The notes below the pieces were generated by a model. It was not told the DNA's origin. It saw only the letters and a list, made by a program, of their open reading frames with translations, and did no database searches. A DNA stretch of 63,129 bases, the filler included, from Bigelowiella natans CCMP2755 (taxonomy: Eukaryota; Protista; Cercozoa): assembly GCA_000320545.1 (NCBI GenBank). It is 5 parts of 5 records of this genome, joined end to end, with 100 filler letters (N's around TTAATTAATTAA, not from the genome) between each part and the next. Parts side by side here need not be neighbours in the genome. Positions count along the whole stretch, not along the records: positions 41,987 to 59,355 come from ADNK01002015.1; positions 59,456 to 63,129 come from ADNK01002508.1; 3 more parts are not named here. One strand, given 5' to 3'. A program made the position numbers and the translations under genes. Every line of letters starts with the position of its first letter. Positions within the stretch are counted from its first letter, which is position 1. Of this stretch, positions 53,776-63,129 are shown one piece after another.

Positions 53776-55404
53776 AGAGGAAGCAGTGTTGTTGGTGCTG
53801 TCATTCCGAATCTCACGCATCTTCCTATTCTCGATTCCATCTACAAGCACGGGTTTGACGAGATTTCTTCTGAACAACAGGCAAGAATGACGGCGCTGCG
53901 GATGCGATTGAAACTGTCTCATGAACGACTGTGTAAGTTGCTGCAAAGATTGGACGAAGCCAAAATTGCAGACAAAATAGGCGTCATGGGTTATTTGCAT
54001 AAACGATGGGGAAGCTATCCAGACATTCGAAAATTCGGATTCACAGAGACATTTTGGTTATCGCATGGAAATGATCTAATTGTGGAGACCATGAACTTTC
54101 TGCATTGTTCCAAAGGCGATCGACACCGGAGATTCATAGAAAAGCGCCTTCTTCTAATGGCAATGAGCAGCACAGAACATCTTATCGCACATCATAAGAA
54201 AGGCCACCGCAGCATCACTAGCACGCGACATGTAGCATTCCATGCTATCGTTTCAAATTACGCATTGGATCATGACTCTGCCATGAAATCATGGTTGTCG
54301 CGGACTGTCATTGCTCACCATCAACACCCCCTACCCCTCAATCAAGGTGCATCCTATACCGATAAGCTTGTCGGTGACAAGCTGATGTGTGAATACTTAC
54401 CTCATGATGTATGGAACGTTGTGCTGAGAGAGTGCGAAGCACTGGATTATCGCTTGGGAGGGTTTCATCGTAAAATTAATCATATTGGTAGAAAGCAGTA
54501 CCATCCCCTCTTGCATTATTGTCCGTCAAGGGAAAGCATGATGATCAAGGTGCAGAAGCTGAATAGCATTAGCTGCAACAGTGTGCCCATTGTGTGTTTG
54601 AAGCAATTTCCCAACAAGAGGATTGAGTTTGTGAATCAGGGAATGGTTAAGTTACCTCCTTATCTGCTATTATTGACACACCTGGAAGAATTGTACCTCG
54701 ACTATAACTCCCTTCGGTCACTTCCAGATACGATCTGTCAGCTTCGATGCTTACGGAGACTAGACGTTGACCATAATGACCTTGTATCCCTGCCCGCAAC
54801 GATTGGGAACCTGTCGGGACTCCATCGTCTAGTTCTACAACATAATCGCCTCACGTCCCTGCCCGCAAAGATTGGGAACCTGTCGAGACTCGAATATCTA
54901 GATCTAGAACATAATCGCCTCACGTCCCTGCCCGCAACGATTGGGAACCTGTCGGGACTCGAAAGTCTAGATCTACAACATAATCGCCTCACGTCCCTGC
55001 CCGCAACGATTGGGAACCTAAAGGGACTCAACAAACTATATCTAAATGAGAATGGCCTCACGTCCCTGCCCGCAACGATTGGGAACCTGTCGGGACTCGA
55101 AGGACTATATCTACAACATAACCGCCTCACGTCCCTGCCCGCAACGATTGGGAACCTTTCGGGACTCGAAAGTCTAGATCTAGAACATAATGGCCTCACG
55201 TCCCTGCGCGCAATGATTGGGAACCTGTCGGGACTCAGAGAACTATATCTACAATATAATTGCCTCACGTCCCTGCCCGCAACGATCAAGAAAATTAAAC
55301 ATCTATACCTAGGTGCTAATCGCATTGCATCCTTGTCCGACTGGGCAATACTGAACACCCTCATTTTCATGCCTATACCCTTCTTAACTTATCACAGAAC
55401 ATGA
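53776..55404 (+). CDS. Leucine-rich repeat protein (23-aa typical/Ras-suppressor-like LRRs); likely has extra 5' and 3' exons (to 56819)
   Basis: 505-aa ORF 53887-55404, open upstream to a TAG acceptor at 53773-53775. About 10 repeats of the type LSGLESLDLQHNRLTSLPATIGN. Confidence 0.9.
   Translation, partial: RGSSVVGAVIPNLTHLPILDSIYKHGFDEISSEQQARMTALRMRLKLSHERLCKLLQRLDEAKIADKIGVMGYLHKRWGSYPDIRKFGFTETFWLSHGNDLIVETMNFLHCSKGDRHRRFIEKRLLLMAMSSTEHLIAHHKKGHRSITSTRHVAFHAIVSNYALDHDSAMKSWLSRTVIAHHQHPLPLNQGASYTDKLVGDKLMCEYLPHDVWNVVLRECEALDYRLGGFHRKINHIGRKQYHPLLHYCPSRESMMIKVQKLNSISCNSVPIVCLKQFPNKRIEFVNQGMVKLPPYLLLLTHLEELYLDYNSLRSLPDTICQLRCLRRLDVDHNDLVSLPATIGNLSGLHRLVLQHNRLTSLPAKIGNLSRLEYLDLEHNRLTSLPATIGNLSGLESLDLQHNRLTSLPATIGNLKGLNKLYLNENGLTSLPATIGNLSGLEGLYLQHNRLTSLPATIGNLSGLESLDLEHNGLTSLRAMIGNLSGLRELYLQYNCLTSLPATIKKIKHLYLGANRIASLSDWAILNTLIFMPIPFLTYHRT
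54781..55290 (+). repeat. 69-bp coding tandem repeat (about 7.5 units) encoding LRRs
   Basis: CTCACGTCCCTGCCCGCAACGATTGGGAACCTGTCGGGACTC recurs with few changes at 54850, 54919, 54988, 55057, 55126 and 55195, with a partial copy at 55264. Confidence 0.95.
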
Positions 55405-58143
55405 TCCTAACGTTGCGGTGGAGCAGAAGCGATTGGTACATCAGCAGGGCACTGAAGAAGGTGGATCTACAAGATGGATAGATTTTCTAAGAATCCTTTG
55501 TCATCATATTCCTCCTCCGCCGTGTTACCTACTGTTAGATAATATCTCGACTATAATTGCGATCTCTTACTGTCGTCTCTCATTCCCCTTCATCATTCTC
55601 CTCTGGAGAATCACGTTCAGATCACCACCTGTCTTCGTCACTGCACGCATTGATGTTCGATGTTAACATCGTCGTGACCCTCATTGCTGCGTCTTACACC
55701 TCGATTTCATTTGCGTTTTGTCACATTCAGAATGGGATATGTCTATGTCCAAAGTCTCAAACGAAGAAGATGTGAAACTAGAACGACCAGGACAACAGCA
55801 GGACAGTGAGGAAGGTGGATCCAACTGATTGACGATCCCTTGGATTCATGTGTGATATCTCTAGTTCTCAAGCATTCTCTTTTACTACGTCATGTCTTTT
55901 GATCCATCGCTTAGGAGGGGACATCTCTACCTTTACGACATCATGCGACGATGATGTGAAAAGTGATGGAATTCAAATGAATGAGGGAAAAACCAAGATT
56001 GTAGCTCCCGACAGGAGCAACACCAGTGGCATTGTTAGACGCGATCCGGTTTTCTTATCCACCGTTCCCTCTGATTGCAAGTTCAATATTTCAAATTTGG
56101 GAGAATGCAGAATGCCACATTCACGGTGTCCTGAGCATCTTGTGTATTCCTCTAAACCAAATTGGAACATTTCAGGCTTCGAAGCACAAAGTATGGTCAA
56201 TTTATGCCGTATGACACTTCGTTTCGATTTTCTGTTGTCCATGAAACGCCTCATCTTCTCTCCTCATCTCTCCCTCCAACAGGTGTTGAACATAACATTG
56301 TTATGGAGCAAGAACGATTGGAAGAACCAAATAATATTGATGAGGGTGGATCTAATTGATGCATGCTCCCATGAGATTCTCGAACGCTTTTCTCCTCTCC
56401 TGTCAAACACTCATTTCCCCTTTTGTGCTCGTTTCTCATGCACAGATTGTGGACACAGTAGTATTATACATAATATACATGTACAACATTACGTTGTCTA
56501 TTATAAATATTTATTATGGATACAGTTTGTGACATGCATAACATGTACATAACATCACGTTGTCTATTACACAGGAGGTGACATGCGTACATCGGGAGAC
56601 TCAAAAAACTCAAATGGGGATGAAAAGTCGATGAACGTCGACATGAGCTCTGGTAGTGATGGATGCATTGCAAAAGATGATGATGATGACAATCTTGACA
56701 TGAACATCTTTCCTTTCGAATCGTTTTTCACCAACGAATTTGTGAATGGCTCTACCATTCAAAATTTTGAAGCAAATATCGAAAGATCAAATGGAATGGA
56801 TGGCCACAACAGACTATAGACATACGCATATGTGATATACATAATGCATATAATATGTACTGTGTCTATTGACTATGGACATACGCATGTGTGATGTACA
56901 TGACATATGCAATGCATACTGTGTCTATTATTGCACAGACATGCACATGTGATGCACTCGTGATGTGCCAAAAATTGATGTTTTCCTCCCTCAGCCATTG
57001 GTGTCATCCAATTTGCTTGTCTGCACTAGCTAGCTAGTCCATTGTTGTGCAGCTGCATGCACACGCGCTGCGCAGGACCAATGCACATCGTTCTTCAATC
57101 AGTTTCCTTTCATCAGCTAACGATGCATAGTGGCGGGCGTGTCATTGCATGCGAATTGTGGGCTCAGCTGATGACGCAGTGGACACATGCTGGCATGCAT
57201 GGCGTGGTTGGTGCATGTGCAGAATTTGCGAACGTGCACATGACATTGCTAGATTGGAGAGGACACGCAAAGAGACAAAGTGATGCATGAACGTTCTGGA
57301 TGCACACGTGTTGCTGTGACTCCATGATTTCCGTTGAGATGAAAAAGTTTGTCACTTCAACACAACATGCAAGCATCGTGGCTCAGCCAGTCAGTCTCAG
57401 CTTGAGATGAGCCAAACCCCAGCAAGTCCAGAAATGCACGTTGGTGCTCAAGGGTGCAGTGCAAAAATGAACTGCATCGGCGTCGCAATGAGGGAACAAT
57501 GAACAATGAACAATGAATGAAGCATTGATGCAAGCAACATGAGCAAGAACCACATGGGAGCATGGGAGAGGTCAAAAAGCGACCCCAGCTGGCCAGCTAG
57601 CCAGGAACAGTTCGAACATTGAACAAACATTGATTCGCGACAAGGAAATGACTTGAAATCATTCAAAATTGGAATGCATTTCCCCACATCCAGACGATGA
57701 TCTCGGCCGAGTTTGGAGAAGAAAAAACATGGGGAATCAATTGCGCGACAAGCTCAGCCGAAGAATGAAGTTGAAGTTCACCTTTCCCCAGACATTTCCT
57801 TCTCGGCAAATAGTCAAACGTAGCAATAGATCGAAGAGCAGGCATGAAGACGAGCTATTTTTGTCATGCGTCAAGGAAATAGCGCAACGATTGAAAAATA
57901 CCATTTGGTTTTGATGAAAATTACCTTTAATTTGGGTACAATTATGTCTGAAAGCTACTCGAGTCAAGTGCAAAGTTTATTTTACCCGCCTACGACTTCT
58001 CATTTTGCATTTTAGGCGCCCAAAAATAAAAACGGTGTCGAACAACGCCCCCCCCCCCCCCTCCCCTTCTCCTTCCCTTCCCTACCATTACATCCTCCAA
58101 TCATTGTGAACGCCTGCCGGGATTAAGCTTGATTTGCACACAG

Positions 58144-58900
58144 AAACTCTGGATCTGCGACAGCTCTCCAAGACCGCAAAAGGCTGGAAGGTTCCCGATT
58201 ACGGAAAATAGGAGCGAAGGTCAGTAAATTCACAAGGCCAGTTCTCCCTCCCCCCCCCTATCCCAAACAAAGAAGCATGCCAAAGAGAGTAATTCATCGT
58301 GGCTGCCACCGTTGAAAGATCCCCAAAGGCTCAGAAGTGCGACATTGTGTTGTGTTGGTTTAAAGGGCTCGGAAGGCGGACTGCTGGACTCGGCTGCCAG
58401 GGGTCAGATACCGACAAATGCCGCGAATATTCAACCTAGCTGTAGCGATCCTGACGCTATGGTACTGCTGGAACGAGCTGATAGCTCCAGCAGCGATAAG
58501 AAGGGCCTCCAAAATGGCGGCGAATTCTCGCCCGACGTGCCTGTGATTGAGTTTCCCGATGGAGAGGGCAGCACGAAAGCCGTGCCCTTTCAAGTCGCCG
58601 ACAAAGTAATGTGTGCGAGTTGTTAGTTTTTAATTCCCGCTCCTCGTGGGGGTGTCCGTATAGTTGATAGATTTCATTGGGTTAAGTGCGTGCGTGTGTT
58701 TGTGTGTGTTTGTGTGTCTGTCTGATTTCAGGTGAGAGAGGAAGTGCAGAAGAAGTACACGGAACTATACGCCGGTGTCACGCACAACAGCCACGTCCGG
58801 TAATGCAAACGCTCACAGCACACATGCAGATAGTCGCGCAAATACAAGGATATCTGATACGTATGATGATATGAATGCACTGCCATCTTGTGGATGTTGG
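58144..58900 (+). CDS. Probable multi-exon gene of unknown function
   Basis: Open exon ..GLQNGGEFSPDVPVIEFPDGEGSTKAVPFQVADK (gtaatg donor) joins in phase to VREEVQKKYTELYA. Confidence 0.4.
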
Positions 58901-59056
58901 CGGTGGTTCAACTCTTGTAATGGTGGATACCCTTCAATACAAATACAACTTTATACGACGCAATATGTGTATTTATATGTATATCACTGCCATTTAGTGT
59001 TGACCCAACATGCCAATGCACACTCCAAAAGCTCTTCCTCTCCAGACGAATCCTGA

Positions 59057-59092
<36 letters not shown>

Positions 59093-59162
59093 TATGCATA
59101 CCAACACACCCTTACACGCTGGCACGGGTACTGGTCGCAAACTTCCGCACAGAGTTATATAG

Positions 59163-59244
<82 letters not shown>

Positions 59245-59355
59245 GCGTGTGTTTCATACGAACCGCTTTGAATGTCCATTTGTCTTGTGTGTGTGTGTGT
59301 TTCATACGAACCGCTTTGAATGTCCATTTGTCTTCTTTGCAGAGAACTAACAGCG

Positions 59356-59455
59356 NNNNNNNNNNNNNNNNNNNNNNNNNNNNNNNNNNNNNNNNNNNNT
59401 TAATTAATTAANNNNNNNNNNNNNNNNNNNNNNNNNNNNNNNNNNNNNNNNNNNN
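59356..59455. other. Assembly gap with TTAATTAATTAA linker
   Basis: N44-linker-N44. Confidence 0.98.
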
Positions 59456-59473
59456 TACAGAATTCGTCACATG

Positions 59474-59844
59474 TTTATAGGTGAGAATATATAAAGCGTA
59501 ATTATCAGCCAGGCCATGCCTTGGCGTCCTTGCAAAGTCGAATGCAGCTCTTTGTCCACGGCAAAATCGGGTTTTGACCCTTTCTCCAATCCGCCCTGCC
59601 GCAAGCCTAAATATGCGACAGATCGGGGGCGGGGCGGGGAGGGCGGCCTTCAACAACCGTGTGTTCAAAGGCCGTGATAATAGCCTCGCTGCCGATCTGT
59701 CGCATATTTAGGCTTGCGGCAGGGCGGATTGGAGAAAGGGTCAAAACCCGATTTTGCCGTGGACAAAGAGCTGCATTCGACTTTGCAAGGACGCCAAGGC
59801 ATGGCCTGGCTGATAATTACGCTTTATATATTCTCACCTATAAA
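59474..59844. mobile_element. Foldback/MITE-like element: 153-bp inverted repeats with a 65-bp spacer
   Basis: 59474-59626 is the reverse complement of 59692-59844. Ends read TATA-GGTGAG...CTCACC-TATA. No coding capacity. Confidence 0.65.
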
Positions 59845-59857
59845 TATACATATATAC

Positions 59858-59897
<40 letters not shown>

Positions 59898-60869
59898 GTA
59901 GAGCATTATTAGACGAGCGATTAGTTCGCGCGGAGGCGAAGAAGAAAGGCCACATGCTGCAATGGCTGTACGTGCGTGACGCATCGCACATCATCTGGAA
60001 CAATGCGCAGCAGGCTACGCTGATGAGTTGACCATAATAGCTTGCTAGCTTGGTGGGGGCTCGTGTCATGCTAGAATCGTCCAGCATGCAGCGCAAGCTA
60101 GCAAGGGACGTCACACAAACGTGATCGACATGTAGTACACCGCCGGTAGCTGCTTAGCTTTTGTGCGCGGGACTGTGCTGTTGATGTTCCAAAGTCAACA
60201 CGCGGTCTCGTGTGCTTTTGGATTCTTTTCTTTGTTGGTTCTCTAGCAAGTCCTCTTGAGGAGCCGCCATGTACACGTGCGCACGGCGGTCGTCATGCAC
60301 GCACCTACAGCCAGATGCGAGACGGATGCATGGCGTCGAAAAGTTTGTGAAATGTCATCCCATGCAATCCACACCAACAGCACGTAGCACGCGGCAACGT
60401 AACGCCTAGCTACACTACTACATTCATGCAGGCGGCGTCGATCTACGACGTGCTAGCGTGTGCGCGCAGGTGCGCACATGCGACAGCTGCATAGACGCCT
60501 AGAGACATGCTAGCATGCTAGCTGCAAGTGTCCCATCGAACGACACAGCAGCTTGCGTCGATCGAAGGGATGATGTGTAGTAGTCATGTTCACTATGCGT
60601 TGCGTCACATCGCATGCAGCCGCACACGTCTAGACTTGTACATCACATACACTACGCACAATGCTAGCAATTGGCTGCTAAATGGTGCTTGCAGCGTGTG
60701 GATCGACGAATGCGTGCACACACATTGCGCTCTCTGACAATGAGGAAATCTAGCACATATATGCATGTACGCGCGACAGCACATGCAAGCGACCACCATA
60801 CAACCATGCTGTAATCAAACTACCAATAAATTAAAAGTAAGTAAGACTGCACTTGTTAAAATTACACGT

Positions 60870-61404
60870 CTTCAATGGTCGTCACGCGCACTGCACGTTT
60901 TGTTCAAAAATTTATTACTCGCTAATACTACTGTCGCTCGTAGCTGCTGCACTGCTGCTGCAGTAACGTACTCGCAAGGTCTTTCATTATCTTCTACCTT
61001 TCTCTCAATCTTGGCATTGTTCTTCAAGGTCGAGTGACGATGTCTATAAAGTCGGCCTGGGGGGGGTGGGGGGGGGGGGGAGGCTGGGACACCCTATTTT
61101 TCCATCTTAAGGTTTTTTTTTTTGGGTTCTCGGATATCTTTAATTTTTTTGGGTAAAATCCGCTCTATGTAGATTTTCTCCCGGCAGCTGGTTTCTTCGC
61201 TAACGTGTCATCTTCGGAGACCAGGGCGCTCCCGGAACATTTATGCTGCCCTCTATTTTGTTGTTGTTGTTGTTGTTGATGATAACAGAGGATTGATTGG
61301 TCAATCGCCCATCCATTCAAGACACCGACAGAGAGACGCAGGGGAGGGGGGGGGGTAAAGTAATTAGTCGTCGCGCGAGAGAGAAGAGGAAGCGAAATTA
61401 AATC

Positions 61405-61450
<46 letters not shown>

Positions 61451-61470
61451 TCCAGCCAAATACCTCCCTC

Positions 61471-61502
<32 letters not shown>

Positions 61503-61656
61503 CCCCCCCCCCCCCCCCCCCCCCTCTCCCCTAGTGTCAGGTGCTGCGCTCGCTCTGCGTACTTGCTTAAGGATTTGTCCATTCCTCCTAGAAGTGGGTC
61601 GAAGGTCGCGAGAGGAGAGCCGCCCTTATTGACGACGGGGTGCTCCTATTGTCAGC

Positions 61657-61693
<37 letters not shown>

Positions 61694-62001
61694 CGATGAG
61701 GACAACGACGATGTGGCGAGCAGCTGTTTATCTATCTCAAAAGTCTTGTCTTTGGGGCGGGGGCATGAAAAAGGCCACGCGAGAGGCCCCACGTCCGTCG
61801 CATTCGAATGCCGTGGTGGTGATGGCGTTTCCCCCAACTCTCTCCCTCTCCCTCTCCTGGCTCTCTCGCTCGCTTTCCCAGTACCTCTGAGGCGGTGAAG
61901 AACCGGTCCACACAGACGAACACCAGCCAAACCTATTTCAACAACGATAATGCATCCAATGCGTCGTGAGACACATATGCCACCGCGGATCGAAAGCTTG
62001 T

Positions 62002-62051
<50 letters not shown>

Positions 62052-62283
62052 GGCGCTACTGGTCCATCATCGACATGTGCAAGAGGGAGGCCGTCAGTCA
62101 GTTATCTCTATTGCTCTCTCACCAGGATGAGGCCGACGCAGTGCATCACCACGTAACGGATCGTGTCTAGATTCATGCTCTGGGGAACGGGGAGGGGGGG
62201 GGGGAGGGGGGGAAGGAAGGGAGGGAGGAGAGTGAGAATCACGGTGATGGCGATTCTGATGGTGAAGATGAAGAGAACGATAA

Positions 62284-62336
<53 letters not shown>

Positions 62337-62960
62337 GTATAATGATGATGATAATGAGGATGATGAGGCACCTTGCGTTCGTCGACATCTGTGCCGCGCT
62401 CTCAATTAGCGCGTGGACGTCTCTTGGAGCAGCATCCTCTGCTGTCGGCGTTGGCTGTTCAGCTACTTCCTTGGCAGCAGTTGATAACAACGCCACGTTC
62501 TGGTCCAGTTTCTCGACGACGGCGTCGCTGTGTGGAGGAGCAAATACGATGTCAGGGGATGGGATATGAGGATGAAGCTGCGCTCGGGGAGGATTTTCGA
62601 ATACTCCGCATCACCTTGCGTTTTTCGGTATCTGCGCTGTGCTCTCCATGAGGGAGTGGATATCCTTAGGAGCAGCAGTTGATAATAACCCTACTTGCTG
62701 GTCAGTCACGCTGGTGGTAAGAGGGGAGAGGCAGATACAGGGAAATAATGAGTAATCAGGGAAATAATGAGTAATCAATCACCAAAGTGATGCACGGGTG
62801 GTGCTCTGGCATGATGATCGTGCTCTGGGCGAGACGGGCAGATCAGACTTTTACCTCGAGTTGCTTGTGATTTCTGCTAAGATCTCCGGAGTTTTCTCCT
62901 GGATGGCCTCGGTTGACAGCAAGCCCACGTTTTGATTTGGAAGACTGCAACGGGCGCAGT
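60870..62960 (-). CDS. Partial multi-exon gene of unknown function; ends approximate
   Basis: Open exon-like segments ALLSTAAKEVAEQPTPTAEDAAPRDVHALIESAAQMSTNAR, SMNLDTIRYVVMHCVGLIL and TLKKNAKIERKVEDNERPCE, separated by microsatellite-rich introns. Confidence 0.45.
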
Positions 62961-63129
62961 GGAAGAGGGGGAAAGATCAGCACACATCTGGAGGTCTGCC
63001 CCCCACCCCCCGCCCGGGTGCCAATGCGGCAGCATTAGGATATAACCACATCGAAAGATGGGCGGGAAAATATATGGGGTTAGGGTTGCGTGTCTATCGC
63101 CACCTTATGGTGCTTGGTGATTTGAAACA

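Noticed and set aside
54738-55370. 210-aa repetitive antisense ORF; the array could also be mistaken for a CRISPR
   Set aside because: Shadow of the coding LRR tandem repeat. The variable parts are homologous codons rather than unique spacers, and there are no cas genes.
59247-59334. 48-bp-period tandem duplication beside a gap; also a 19-bp duplication at about 62739-62777
   Set aside because: Local slippage or contig-end artefact with only two copies.
59408-59901. Two nearly identical ORFs on opposite strands
   Set aside because: Simple consequence of the inverted repeat.
63076-63090. GGGTTAGGGTT telomere-like motif (also near 7200)
   Set aside because: Fewer than two full units; expected by chance.

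Overview
Gene-dense, intron-rich eukaryotic (protist-like) nuclear DNA. Introns are full of microsatellites, and there are four 100-bp scaffold gaps (N44-TTAATTAATTAA-N44). Most ORFs in the supplied track are microsatellite or antisense artefacts, so genes were rebuilt by hand from GT-AG exons. Recognisable genes: a PEX13-like peroxin with its YG-rich domain at the C-terminus, a CBS-domain protein, LRRC61, a secreted low-complexity protein, a mitochondrial carrier, an amino acid transporter, a partial myosin, a small membrane protein and a tandem-LRR protein. The main element is an intact, very young Ty3/Gypsy LTR retrotransposon (43563-49276) with identical 325-bp LTRs, a 4-bp GTGC target-site duplication (TSD) and a single gag-pol ORF. 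Its integrase has a shortened DD(27)E core and ends in a domain that looks like a degenerate DIRS/phage-Dam-type N6-adenine methyltransferase rather than a chromodomain. The element sits inside one of several intergenic islands where TpA is almost absent except in CTAG, while TGCA and CATG are abundant. That pattern suggests a TpA-directed A>G hypermutation or adenine-modification system. All calls are by eye; no searches were run.
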